A stretch of 64,000 nucleotides of DNA from Dehalococcoidia bacterium (GCA_034423055.1 DAOUJE010000044.1:6328-70327); one strand, 5' to 3'; positions 1-9,881 are shown, numbered from the stretch's first letter. The notes: a model not told the origin generated them from the letters alone. A program made the numbers and translations.

Positions 1-330
1 GCGTCGCACTCACCTCGCCAAGTCCGCTACCGAACGCGATCCTCGGGTTTACTCCGACGCTGGACCAAAGCGCGGTTAAAGCACAATCGAATGCGTAGCT
101 GGCGGATGCTATCGTAGCCGGACTTTTGCCTGCATCGGACGATTCGGCTTGACCTCTCAGCACCTCTATCAAGGAATCTCCATGGACTTCCTGATGCACG
201 ACCTCGCACCGATCGAAAATCGAACGCACTGCTGGTTCAGTTTCGTAAAGCGCTTTGGCGATGTCGAGACGCGGTAATCCATCGCCGAGGTAGATGGATG
301 CCACTCTCCTAGCCACGCGTTCGGTGCCAT
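1..330 (-). other. PKS module 2 AT-like region with degenerate active-site motifs (truncated by window edge)
   Basis: Where an AT begins, the sequence reads IYLGDGLP instead of F-x-G-Q-G-x-Q. The nucleophile elbow reads AFGSGLGEVSA (GSGLGE at 15-32) instead of GHSxGE. Confidence 0.55.
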
Positions 331-3300
331 CGTCATCGTCGATGCTGTTGTCTACCACATGGTTCAAACCGCGCACTAAAGATTCGACATCGTTGAAGAC
401 GACACCAGCGCGGTGTTCGAAATGACTCCTACCGATACTCGCAGTCCACGCCAAATCGGACAGCCAATTGTCGGATGCTGCGTCTTCTTGCGCTTCCAAA
501 AGATCGACGTAGCGGATCGCAATGTCGCGAAGCGCTCCGACCGATCTGCCCGACAGCGGTAGTAGTCGAACCGGGCGCGGCAAGGTCTCCTGTCCGTTGT
601 TGGTTTCGGAATCTTGAGGCACTCCGTTCGATGAAATCGAAATGTTGCGAGGGCTTCCAACTGGCAATTTCGCCAAGCCATTCGAAGTATCAACGGCAGA
701 CGCCTCACGGTAGCCTTCGACCAATACGTGCGCGTTGGTTCCAGACATGCCAAAGGCGTTGACACCGGCGATCGGTGCACGATCAGTTCCGTTGGGCCAT
801 TCCGTTTTGTCTTCTGTCACTTTTACGGGCAACTGGTCCCATTCGACGTGCGGGTTCGGGTCTTCGAAGTGCAGATGCTTGGGAATGACTCCCTCGTTCA
901 TTGAGAGCACTGTCTTCATTAATGCCGTGACCCCTGCGGCCCATTCAGTATGGCCAAGATTCGATTTGACGGATCCGACAAGCAACGGGCGATTCGGTTC
1001 CCTTCCTTCGCTGTATACAGAAGCTGCCGCGTTCAACTCGATCGGATCTCCCAGTTGCGATCCCGTCGCGTGAGCCTCCAGATAGTCGACTTCAGACGGG
1101 GCAATCCCAGCCTGCGCGAGCGTTTCCCGCATCACACGTTCTTGGGCCTGCCCATTGGGTACTGTAAGACCTGCACTGGCACCGTTCTGATTGACTCCGG
1201 AGCCGCGAATTATCGCCCAGATGCGGTCGCCGTCGGCTTCGGCGTCGCTCAATCGTTTCAGTACAACCATTCCGCAAGCTTCGCCTCGCACATAACCATC
1301 TGCGCCAGCGTCGAACGGACTACAAACGCCAGTAGGTGACAGCATCCCGACATCCATCATGAATCTCGATACCGGACGTGATAAAGCCAGGTTGACGCCG
1401 CCCGCGAGGGCCATATCTACCTCGCCGTGTTGCAGGCTGACCACGGCTTGATGAATAGATGCGAGGGATGACGCACAGGCCGCGTCGACTGGCAACGCCG
1501 GACCTTCCAAACCCAATGCGAATGCCACTCGGCCAACAGTCACGCTTCCCGTTGTTCCGAGATAGCTGTCCGTCCTTCCGCTCGCCTCGATTAAATCTCG
1601 ATATTCGCTACCACCCACGCCAGCGTAGACGCCGGTTCGACTGCCGCGCAAACTTCCTGGGTCTATCCCCGCATCTTCGAGCGCCTGCCAGCTCGTCTCG
1701 AGTAACATCCGCTGACGGGGATCCATCAACCGCGCCTCTATGGGTGATATCCGGAAGAACCGCGAGTCGAAGAGATCGATATCGGATAGGAATGCGCCTC
1801 TTCGATAGGCAAGGTCATCAGCGTTTGGATCTCCAACCGCGCCTTCCCAAGATCCGGTATCTCGACGTCCATCGGTAACCGCGTCCGTTCCAGATTCCAG
1901 CATCTCCCAGAACTGCGATAGATTATCAGCGCCCGGGAAGCGTCCAGCCATGCCAACGATGGCGATTCCGTCTTCGTTGCGCCGCAAATCTACGCTAGGC
2001 TCCGGCGTCGATGCAACGGCGATTGAGAATACCTGTTTCTCTTCGCCGATTTCCCCTAATTCCTCGGCAAGGTGACGAGCCATCTCAGATACGTTGGGGT
2101 AGTCGAAAACAATCGTGTTCGAAGCGACGTATTCGCCATCAAATGCCCGATTCAGACGGTTCCGCAATTCGACTGCCATCAGGGAATCCATTCCCAAGTC
2201 GAAAAATCCGACCGTCGGCGATGGCGACGATGTCAACCTCAAAACGGCTTGCAACTCTTGCTGCACGAACGATACCAACACGTCTTCACGTTCGCTCGCT
2301 TGAGCGCCTCTCAACTGCGAGATCAGGTCTTCAGACGACACATCGTCTGCCTTACCGTCTGACGAAGTCGAGGACAGCAGTTCGTCCACCAACGAAGACG
2401 GCTCTGCTACGGCCTCTTCGAACACAGACCAGTCCATCGACATCACGACTGATGTCGTGGTATCTTCCTTCACGAGCTGTTCGAGTGCTCGGATACCTTG
2501 TTGTGGGGTGAACCAGCGACCACCTAGGGCCGCGCGTCGACTCTCGATTCGCTCGCGCTGTTCCGCGGCCTCGCCGATCTCTGACCAAGCGCCCCACGCG
2601 ATGCTCTGGCCCGGGAGACCAAGTGCGCGACGATGCCCTGCGAGCTGATCCAGAAACGCGTTTGCGGCCGCATGGTTGGACTGACCCGGATTCCCCATCA
2701 CTCCAACCCGGCTGGAGAACAGTATGAACAGGTCCAGATCGCGGTCCAATGTCGCTTTATGCAGGTGCCAAGCCCCTATGATCTTTGGCCATAGCACCTG
2801 CTCGAAGCTGGCCCAGGTTTGATTTGTCAGCGCGGCGTCTGACAGCACGCCGACGCTATGGATGACACCGCCGAGGGGCGGCATATTGGCATCGATTCGC
2901 TCCAACATCGCATCGATCGCCGACGTGTCGGTCACGTCGGCCAGCTCAACTTCTACATTCACGCCGCGGTTCCGCAACTGTTGGATGGCCTCTTCCGCTT
3001 CTGATCCGGGTTTTCTGCGACCGTTCAGCACGATCGTTCCAGCACCGTGTTCAGCCAACCAATCGGCGACCGCAAGCCCGATGCCTCCCAAACCGCCAGT
3101 CACTAAGTAGGCGCGGTCTTGACGCAAACCGCCTTTCGCGAGTGGTTGCGGTGTCAACACGATCTTGCCGATGTGTCGGGCTGACCGCATGAAGCCTAAC
3201 GCCGTGCCCGCCTCCGAGAGCGGCCATCTGCTGTGAACTAAAGGCGCGACCTCGCCGTTCGTTATTTGCTCCATTACCTCGCGCAGTACTTCACCGACGA

Positions 3301-6300
3301 AATCCGGTTCGGTTTTCTTGAGCACGTCGAGTTCTAAGATGGCGTAGTCCACGTCCGGACGGAGGGCTGCCATCTCGGCTTCGGTTAGGATGTCTCTCCG
3401 CGCCAACTCGACGAATCTGCCGCCGTGCGCAAGGCAAGAAAGGCTGGCGTCAATAAATCCCTCGCTTGTCAAGCTGTTGAGAACGACATCGATCCCCGCC
3501 CCGCCAGTCACTTCGAGGATTTCGTTCCCGAAGTCAGTTGTGCGACTGTCGAAGATATGTGTCACGCCCATCGAGCGCAGGTAATCGCGTTTCGGCGCGC
3601 TCGCGGTGGCAAACACCTCCGCTCCTGCGGCTTGTGCTAACTGGATAGCTGCTAGGCCTACTCCACCGGCACCTGCATGTATAAGTACGCGATCGCCCTT
3701 TTCAAGGCCCGAATATCGATATGACAGAGCAGCTGAAACGTAAGCGCTAGGTATAGTGGCGAGTGCGGAAACTGACATCCCATTTGGAGCGGGGGCCACC
3801 AACTCCTCGTGGGTGATCATCTCTGGGGCAAAGGCGCCGAATCCGAGTCCCACCACGCGGTCTCCAACCGCCATGCTGGAAACGTCGGAACCTACATCGA
3901 CAACATGGCCGCACAGCTCCCTGCCCAGATCGCCCTCTTCAATAAATCCCATCGAACGGAACACGTCCCAGAAGTTGAGGCCTGTCGCCTCGACAGCGAC
4001 GCGGACCTCTCTGGGTTCAAGCGGACGCGGTGGCAACCGTTTAATCGCGGGGCGGTAAAAATCACCGTCGGGGTCTGGGGCCAATACCCAGTCGGCACCC
4101 TCCGGCAGGTTAAGGTGCGCGTCTCCTTCTTCGTGCCTTACTAGACGCGCCGCATAGCGTTGTCTTGAACGGTACGCGATGTGGTTTTCCCCGTCTGGAA
4201 ACAGTAGTTCATCCACGATTTCAGTCGACTCGCCAGTGGCGTTGGGGTCCAAGTCGACCATCCGAGGCCGCAGGTGAGATGCTTCCAGCGCCAAAACCTT
4301 GCCTAGCCCCCAAAGAATCGAACCGGCAAGCTCTCCTGAACTCTCGCGTTCCAAAACCTGCGCGCCGCGCGTTATAAACCACATGCCTTTGGCCGGGGTC
4401 GAATTGGACTCAACCAATGCCTGTGCCAGCGCAAGCGCGCTCTCACCTGCATGTTTCATGTCTTGGATAATCTCTTCGGTACCCGCATGATTGCCATGAC
4501 CATCGAGGGCATGCAGGTGCACCACACCGCACAACGGAATGTCTTGCGGCAGATCATCGATAAGTGATCGCCAACTTTCGCGACTGCCCACATCTAACAC
4601 AGTTTCGGTGGCCGTCGGGTTGGCTGGCATCTGCCTGCCGTTTTGATGTTCTTCATTCCTCGCAATCACCACCGTCTGGTTTTGCTCAGACAATTTGTCT
4701 GCTAGCTGTTCTGCCACACCACCGTGGTCGGCTACCAATATCCACACCCCAGTAGATTCCGTTACTCGCTCCGGCCCCTGGGCCACGATCACACCCTTGT
4801 CCAACATCTCGCGTGTAAATGAATCGTCAACGCCTAACACTTCGGAGTCCGCGAACCCAGCATCTTTCAGTGCGCGTCGCCATACCGAAGGACCGGCAAG
4901 TGCGTGGTGCGGGCGGTAGTCGTCGGCGAAACGCCACCAGCCATCGAGCTGACCAAACGTAAGATCCATCCAACCTAGCCCTCTCAGGTTTTCGAGTGCC
5001 ACTAGATGTCCCGACGGAGCCATGAGAGCTAGACAGTGACCCAACGTTTCCTCAAGATAGCGGGTGGCATGCAAAACGTTTGAGGCGATCAGAAGGTCGT
5101 AGCCGTGTGAATCAAATCCGTGTGCGATCGGATCTTTTTCGATGTCGAGCGGCCGGTATGCGATGCTGTCGTTGCCGAAACGGGCTTCGGCTTCGGCGAA
5201 GAATCCCGCCGAGATGTCGGTGTATGTGTAGTCGAACTGTTCGGCTGGAAGTTCCGGCAATACGGACGCCGTTGCCGAACCCGTTCCGGCACCTACCTCC
5301 AGCACACGGAGTCGTCGTCCCTCTGGCAACTCGGCTACCAGCTTGCGAACTGCATCCGCGAGCATTTGGTTCGCAGCCTTTGCCACAGGTGCTTTCAGAT
5401 AAAGATCGGCCGCAGTGGGTTCTCCGCTGCTGAACAAAAGCGTTAGCGGATCCGCTTGTCCGCGTAGCACATCGGCAAGCGCCGCGCCGGATCTTCTAAA
5501 GAGTCCTACCTCTGTCAAACCGTGCGAATACGTCTCCGACATCTGTATGTGGAAAGCTTCTGGATTCGCCGGCAACTCCCCAGGCAACGTGTCCTCAGGG
5601 CTCAAAAGGACCACAAAACCGTCATCCCTCTCATCCAACACTCCAGATGCCGCCAACATTTCGAGCAATCTGCGGAAGAGGCGTTTATGCTCCTCCAGAA
5701 CGCCCAAACTCTTCCTCAGCTCTTCGGCGTCGAGCACATCGCCCGAACGACGCTGCCATCCTAGCTTCTCAAGCGTGTGCAAGGCGTATGACCGCGACCA
5801 ATGCTCCAAATCTGTCAAGAGCGCGTTCCTGCTGATCGGATCGACATCTGCCTCTGTGAGATAGTCTGCGAACAACCCGGAGCCAGCGGCGACATCCGAC
5901 GGGCTTGGGAAGAAATCTGCAGGGACTATCCCCGGCTCGAGTGAGCGATCACGCCATACCACTTGGTAGAGGAGATCATCTACTTCTTTGACAGCCGACA
6001 GCAGTGCTTCGGGGGTGGCTCGTTTAACCGTGTATCCACTAAATCCACCGATCAACCCACCATTGATGTCGTAGATGTGCAATTCACCGCTAAGGACTTC
6101 GGGATGCTCAACGGACTGGGTAGATTCGCTCATCCGGACGTGACACATCAATCGATCCGGAAGTCGGTTTGACAACCACATTCGCTCCCAGCCGAAGGGG
6201 AGATACGTCGGTTCATCAGCCGCACTGGACATGTTACGTGCAAGCCCAACGACCTGGAAACAGCCATCAAGTAATAAAGGATGAACGTCCAACTCGTTTC

Positions 6301-9300
6301 GTCCCAAGAGTTCCGGCAACGTTACTTCACCCAACGCTTCACCCTCACCGACCCACGCGTTAACTACCGTGCGGAACAACGGACCGAGATCGATCCCGGT
6401 GTCCAACTTGGCCCGGTAGTAATCCGAAACATCCGCAGGTGACAGCCGAGTTTTCAGCTTCTCAAGGTCGATCCGTTCCCCGATTTCCAGCGGCGGTGCG
6501 GCGGTGGACGCACAACCTTCGACGTGCATCGTCCAACTGCCATCACTGCCTTTGCTGAAGACCTGTACGCCGCGTGCGGATGCCTGTCCGGAGTCGTCAA
6601 GCACAACCTGAACAGCCCGCCCCTCTTGGTCGGAATCATTGGCGGAGGCCTTTTCAGAAAAGACTAGTGGGTTGTGTAGTTGCATATCCTCAAGCACAAA
6701 GCAACCACCCTCTTCGGATGATGCCGTGACCGCCATCGCACCATACAAAGCGCCAGGTGCGACGATACGCCCGAAGACCCGGTGGTCGTTCAACCAAACG
6801 GGATCGAGAGGCAACACTTCGGTCTCATAGGAGATCTCGCCGCGGGCTCCTTCATGCCGGACTCCGAGCAATGGGTGGCCTGAAACCGCTCTCCGTTGTT
6901 TGCCTTGCTCAACCCAATGACGCTCCCGTTGGAACGGGTACATCGGAAGGGAAATCTTACGACGACTCTCTCCTGCGAATAGACCTTCAAATGAGATATC
7001 TAGACCGGCTTTGTAGGCGTCTGCAACGGCATCAACGAAACTGGTCTCAGCATCGGACGACGACTCGTCCCTCGGTGGCCTGCGCAGGCTGGCTATCGAT
7101 TCCGGTGCTTCGGACACGTTGGAACCTGCGACCGACTCTGGCCAGCAAAGGGTAGCCATCGGACCGAGCACCGAGTGCGGGCCTATCTCCACCACCAGAT
7201 CCACTCCGAGTTCCGCCATCGTTTTGACGCCGCTCGCGAACGCAACCGCTTCGCGTGCATGTCGCCTCCAGTACGCGCCGTCTAGGTTCATACCAGATTC
7301 AACCGCTTTACCCGTAAGATTGCTGACAAATGTCACCGACGGTGACCCGATCGATACACCCTCCAAAAACGATTCCAACGCGTCGAGCGATGGTTCAACG
7401 AGAGCGCTGTGGAACGCCTTGCTCGTGTTTAGCCTGCGTGCCCTGATGCCTTGGGATTCAGAGTGTTCGACGATCCGTTCGATGTCTGCGACTGGGCCGC
7501 TGACCACTTGGTGCGCGCCGTTATACCCTGCAATGCTCAACCCAACGCCAGCCGAGTCGGCGTTCAGTTGTTCAACTGTCGATTCGACTTCTGCCGCTGG
7601 CGCGAAAACGGCAGCCATCGTTCCGGTTTCTGTTGCCGATAAGAGCGTGCCCCGCACTGCCGCGAATCGCATTCCGTCTTCAAGACTGAAAACACCGGCA
7701 GTGTGTGCCGCTGCGATCTCTCCTACGCTGTGGCCCAAGACAACGCTCGGGCGGATGCCGACGCTCTCCCACAAATCCGTCAACGCGCAACCCAGCGCGT
7801 ACAACGCTGGCTGCTCCCACGCCGTATCGCTCAGATCCCCTTTCGCATCGTTCCTACCCCACATCACATCCAGGAGCGATTCGCCTCGTTCCTCCCTGAA
7901 CACCTTCTCACAACGGTCCATGACGGCACGGAATACCGGTTCGCTGTCATATAGGGCTTGCCCCATCCCTAACCATTGACTTCCTTGGCCCGTGTACAAA
8001 AACGCTATCCGGGTTGGTGACCCGGGTTCCGAAATCGGCGAATCTGCAGCCAACTCGCCGAGACGATCCTTCAATGAATCTGCATCGCTGAATACCACGC
8101 CCGATCGGCATTCGAAATGGGCCCTGCCCACTGCCGCCGTCCACGCCATGTCTGATAGCAATGCGTCGGCAGCGTCATCAGAGAGGTGGTCTCCCGCCAA
8201 CTTTTCGTCGAGCCAGGCAGTGTAACGCTTCGCTAGGTCCCGCACAGCACCTTCTGACTTGCCTGACAACGGTAGGAAACGATCTTGACGGCCACGGGTT
8301 GCGTTTTCCGACTTGGTGACCTGACCGTTCGGACTGGAATAGCTTTCCAACACGATATGGGCGTTCGTGCCGGAAATCCCGAACGAGTTGACTCCCGCTA
8401 TTCGTGGACTCCCGTCTCGTCGCGGCCAGTCCATATTCTCCGTCGTTACCTGCAACGGCAGGTTGTCCCAATCGAGTCTCGGATTAGGGTCGTTGAAATG
8501 TAAGTGTTTGGGAATGAAGCCTCGTTCGACCGCCATCACCGCTTTGATCAACCCCGCAATCCCGGCTGCTGATTCCAAATGCCCGACGTTGGTCTTGACC
8601 GATCCGATGAGGAGCGGCCGATCTGATTCCCGCCCTTCTCCGTAGACATTCGCCACCGCTTCAACCTCGATCGGGTCGCCAACCGCCGTACCTGTTCCGT
8701 GTGCTTCTAGATAATCGACCTCTGACGGCGGAATACCAGCATCAGCATGAGCAGTTTGGATCAACTTCTCCATCGCTGGAGCGTACGGCACGGTCAAACC
8801 TGCGCTCGCTCCGCCATGGTTGACGGCCGAGCCTCGAATCACCGCCCATATGCGATCACCGTCCGCTTCGGCGTCGCTCAATCGCTTCAAGACGACAACC
8901 CCGCAGCCTTCACCCCGCACGTAGCCGTCGGCAGAAGCATCAAATGTCTTGCACTGCCCTTCCGGGGACAACATCATGGCTTCGGCACGCAGCTCGTATA
9001 TGCGACCGTTGAGTATCGCTTGGACACCGCCGGCTAGCGCGAGATCGGCTTTCCCGTGCTGGAGATCGCTTACTGCGTCGTGAACCGCGACAAGTGCCGA
9101 CGCGCATGCGGCGTCGACTGCTTTGGCGGGACCGTTCAGACCAAGGACGAACGATACGCGACCCGCTGTCCCATTGAGGTTGGTGCCGCTAAGCGCATAG
9201 AGGCTACCCGCGGCTTCGGAGGGTCTGGTTGAATCCAGGACCAACATTCGGTATTCGTCATTGCTGATGCCGGAATAGACGCCGGTTCGGCTCTCTTTGA

Positions 9301-9712
9301 GCCGCGTCGGGTCAATACCTGCGTCCTCAAGCGCGAGCCAACAGGATTCCAGCATCATGCGCTGCTGAGGGTCGAGCAAATCAGCTTCCACCGGCGAGAT
9401 GCGGAAGAATCCAGCGTCGAACATGTCGATGTCATCGACGAACGCGCCGTAGCGACATGCATCGTTATCGACCGGAGCATCGCGGAAAATCTCCCCCATC
9501 CGCCCGTTTCCCGGACCCGCGAAACCCTCAGTCACGGCGTTCCCACCATCCATCAAGAGCCGCCAGAATGAATCTAGATCTTCCGCCCCGGGAAACTTGC
9601 ACGCCATCCCGACCACAGCAATAGATTCCCTCGATACATCTTCGAGCATCGCTTTACCGTTATATCCCGTTTCAGTCGACACAACAGCGCCTCGAGTATT
9701 GCCAGTTTCCAT
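1..9712 (-). CDS. Type I modular polyketide synthase, 5' part (about 3237 codons); 3' end lies beyond window start
   Basis: Minus-strand frame starts at ATG 9710-9712 (GGAG 4 nt upstream) and has no stop down to position 1, so the closed-ORF track omits it. My translation shows KS (DAACAS, EAHGTGT, KTNVGHLE), AT (FLYTGQGSQ, GHSVGE, KAFHS), DH (HRVFGRIVAPG), cMT (VLEVGAGTGS), ER (HAGAGGVGLAA), KR (VTGGLGGIG), ACP (LGMDSL), a second KS (DAACASS, EAHATGS, KSNLGHTE), then an AT-like region. Confidence 0.9.
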   Translation of the reverse strand, partial: METGNTRGAVVSTETGYNGKAMLEDVSRESIAVVGMACKFPGAEDLDSFWRLLMDGGNAVTEGFAGPGNGRMGEIFRDAPVDNDACRYGAFVDDIDMFDAGFFRISPVEADLLDPQQRMMLESCWLALEDAGIDPTRLKESRTGVYSGISNDEYRMLVLDSTRPSEAAGSLYALSGTNLNGTAGRVSFVLGLNGPAKAVDAACASALVAVHDAVSDLQHGKADLALAGGVQAILNGRIYELRAEAMMLSPEGQCKTFDASADGYVRGEGCGVVVLKRLSDAEADGDRIWAVIRGSAVNHGGASAGLTVPYAPAMEKLIQTAHADAGIPPSEVDYLEAHGTGTAVGDPIEVEAVANVYGEGRESDRPLLIGSVKTNVGHLESAAGIAGLIKAVMAVERGFIPKHLHFNDPNPRLDWDNLPLQVTTENMDWPRRDGSPRIAGVNSFGISGTNAHIVLESYSSPNGQVTKSENATRGRQDRFLPLSGKSEGAVRDLAKRYTAWLDEKLAGDHLSDDAADALLSDMAWTAAVGRAHFECRSGVVFSDADSLKDRLGELAADSPISEPGSPTRIAFLYTGQGSQWLGMGQALYDSEPVFRAVMDRCEKVFREERGESLLDVMWGRNDAKGDLSDTAWEQPALYALGCALTDLWESVGIRPSVVLGHSVGEIAAAHTAGVFSLEDGMRFAAVRGTLLSATETGTMAAVFAPAAEVESTVEQLNADSAGVGLSIAGYNGAHQVVSGPVADIERIVEHSESQGIRARRLNTSKAFHSALVEPSLDALESFLEGVSIGSPSVTFVSNLTGKAVESGMNLDGAYWRRHAREAVAFASGVKTMAELGVDLVVEIGPHSVLGPMATLCWPESVAGSNVSEAPESIASLRRPPRDESSSDAETSFVDAVADAYKAGLDISFEGLFAGESRRKISLPMYPFQRERHWVEQGKQRRAVSGHPLLGVRHEGARGEISYETEVLPLDPVWLNDHRVFGRIVAPGALYGAMAVTASSEEGGCFVLEDMQLHNPLVFSEKASANDSDQEGRAVQVVLDDSGQASARGVQVFSKGSDGSWTMHVEGCASTAAPPLEIGERIDLEKLKTRLSPADVSDYYRAKLDTGIDLGPLFRTVVNAWVGEGEALGEVTLPELLGRNELDVHPLLLDGCFQVVGLARNMSSAADEPTYLPFGWERMWLSNRLPDRLMCHVRMSESTQSVEHPEVLSGELHIYDINGGLIGGFSGYTVKRATPEALLSAVKEVDDLLYQVVWRDRSLEPGIVPADFFPSPSDVAAGSGLFADYLTEADVDPISRNALLTDLEHWSRSYALHTLEKLGWQRRSGDVLDAEELRKSLGVLEEHKRLFRRLLEMLAASGVLDERDDGFVVLLSPEDTLPGELPANPEAFHIQMSETYSHGLTEVGLFRRSGAALADVLRGQADPLTLLFSSGEPTAADLYLKAPVAKAANQMLADAVRKLVAELPEGRRLRVLEVGAGTGSATASVLPELPAEQFDYTYTDISAGFFAEAEARFGNDSIAYRPLDIEKDPIAHGFDSHGYDLLIASNVLHATRYLEETLGHCLALMAPSGHLVALENLRGLGWMDLTFGQLDGWWRFADDYRPHHALAGPSVWRRALKDAGFADSEVLGVDDSFTREMLDKGVIVAQGPERVTESTGVWILVADHGGVAEQLADKLSEQNQTVVIARNEEHQNGRQMPANPTATETVLDVGSRESWRSLIDDLPQDIPLCGVVHLHALDGHGNHAGTEEIIQDMKHAGESALALAQALVESNSTPAKGMWFITRGAQVLERESSGELAGSILWGLGKVLALEASHLRPRMVDLDPNATGESTEIVDELLFPDGENHIAYRSRQRYAARLVRHEEGDAHLNLPEGADWVLAPDPDGDFYRPAIKRLPPRPLEPREVRVAVEATGLNFWDVFRSMGFIEEGDLGRELCGHVVDVGSDVSSMAVGDRVVGLGFGAFAPEMITHEELVAPAPNGMSVSALATIPSAYVSAALSYRYSGLEKGDRVLIHAGAGGVGLAAIQLAQAAGAEVFATASAPKRDYLRSMGVTHIFDSRTTDFGNEILEVTGGAGIDVVLNSLTSEGFIDASLSCLAHGGRFVELARRDILTEAEMAALRPDVDYAILELDVLKKTEPDFVGEVLREVMEQITNGEVAPLVHSRWPLSEAGTALGFMRSARHIGKIVLTPQPLAKGGLRQDRAYLVTGGLGGIGLAVADWLAEHGAGTIVLNGRRKPGSEAEEAIQQLRNRGVNVEVELADVTDTSAIDAMLERIDANMPPLGGVIHSVGVLSDAALTNQTWASFEQVLWPKIIGAWHLHKATLDRDLDLFILFSSRVGVMGNPGQSNHAAANAFLDQLAGHRRALGLPGQSIAWGAWSEIGEAAEQRERIESRRAALGGRWFTPQQGIRALEQLVKEDTTTSVVMSMDWSVFEEAVAEPSSLVDELLSSTSSDGKADDVSSEDLISQLRGAQASEREDVLVSFVQQELQAVLRLTSSPSPTVGFFDLGMDSLMAVELRNRLNRAFDGEYVASNTIVFDYPNVSEMARHLAEELGEIGEEKQVFSIAVASTPEPSVDLRRNEDGIAIVGMAGRFPGADNLSQFWEMLESGTDAVTDGRRDTGSWEGAVGDPNADDLAYRRGAFLSDIDLFDSRFFRISPIEARLMDPRQRMLLETSWQALEDAGIDPGSLRGSRTGVYAGVGGSEYRDLIEASGRTDSYLGTTGSVTVGRVAFALGLEGPALPVDAACASSLASIHQAVVSLQHGEVDMALAGGVNLALSRPVSRFMMDVGMLSPTGVCSPFDAGADGYVRGEACGMVVLKRLSDAEADGDRIWAIIRGSGVNQNGASAGLTVPNGQAQERVMRETLAQAGIAPSEVDYLEAHATGSQLGDPIELNAAASVYSEGREPNRPLLVGSVKSNLGHTEWAAGVTALMKTVLSMNEGVIPKHLHFEDPNPHVEWDQLPVKVTEDKTEWPNGTDRAPIAGVNAFGMSGTNAHVLVEGYREASAVDTSNGLAKLPVGSPRNISISSNGVPQDSETNNGQETLPRPVRLLPLSGRSVGALRDIAIRYVDLLEAQEDAASDNWLSDLAWTASIGRSHFEHRAGVVFNDVESLVRGLNHVVDNSIDDDDGTERVARRVASIYLGDGLPRLDIAKALYETEPAVRSIFDRCEVVHQEVHGDSLIEVLRGQAESSDAGKSPATIASASYAFDCALTALWSSVGVNPRIAFGSGLGEVSAT
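715..1975 (-). other. PKS module 2 ketosynthase domain (approximate bounds)
   Basis: IAIVGMAGRFPGA ... VDAACASS (Cys codon 1475-1477) ... EAHATGSQLGDPIE ... KSNLGHTEWAAG ... GTNAHVLVEGY. Confidence 0.85.
2080..2290 (-). other. PKS acyl carrier protein domain (approximate bounds)
   Basis: FFDLGMDSLMAVELRNRL; phosphopantetheine Ser codon at 2183-2185. Confidence 0.8.
2560..3115 (-). other. PKS ketoreductase catalytic subdomain (approximate bounds)
   Basis: AYLVTGGLGGIGLAVADWL (Rossmann motif about 3079-3100) ... LFSSRVGVMGNPGQSNHAAANAFLD. Confidence 0.75.
3165..4060 (-). other. PKS enoylreductase domain (approximate bounds)
   Basis: MDR-type sequence GLNFWDV ... GDRVLIHAGAGGVGLAAIQLAQAAGAEVFATAS (about 3600-3680) ... 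HIGKIVL. Confidence 0.75.
4900..5560 (-). other. PKS C-methyltransferase domain (approximate bounds)
   Basis: SAM-binding motif VLEVGAGTGS at about 5275-5305, followed by DISAGF...YDLLIASNVLHAT, typical of PKS cMT domains. Confidence 0.7.
6050..6900 (-). other. PKS dehydratase domain (approximate bounds)
   Basis: GHPLLG ... LNDHRVFGRIVAPGALY, i.e. the HxxxGxxxxP motif (His codon 6782-6784). Confidence 0.7.
7100..8010 (-). other. PKS module 1 acyltransferase domain, malonyl-type (approximate bounds)
   Basis: FLYTGQGSQWLGMG at about 7960-8000. GHSVGE at 7718-7735 (Ser codon 7727-7729). KAFHS near 7406-7420, resembling the HAFH malonyl-specificity motif. Confidence 0.8.
8342..9619 (-). other. 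PKS module 1 ketosynthase domain (approximate bounds)
   Basis: IAVVGMACKFPG ... VDAACAS (Cys codon 9104-9106) ... EAHGTGT ... KTNVGHLE ... GTNAHIVLE. Confidence 0.85.
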
Positions 9713-9881
9713 AACGCTCCGTTTCACACGAAAAGGGGTTTCAGTAAACCTGTCTATCAAAGATTAGCATTCACATGTTCGAACCGTTCGGCTAGGCGAT
9801 CTCCTCTTGATGATCAGAGCGTGCGGAGATGTAAGCCTCTCATCACTTGTAAACTGTCTTGATAAGTAAGGGAGTTAATCC

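Noticed and set aside
376-9330. Many 60-286-aa track ORFs on both strands across 1-9700 (e.g. 7119..7979, 2011..2511, 5415..5864)
   Set aside because: All lie inside, or antisense to, the single uninterrupted PKS frame. Their translations are Arg/Ser/Pro-rich shadow sequences with no motifs, whereas the PKS frame gives textbook KS/AT/DH/ER/KR/ACP motifs.
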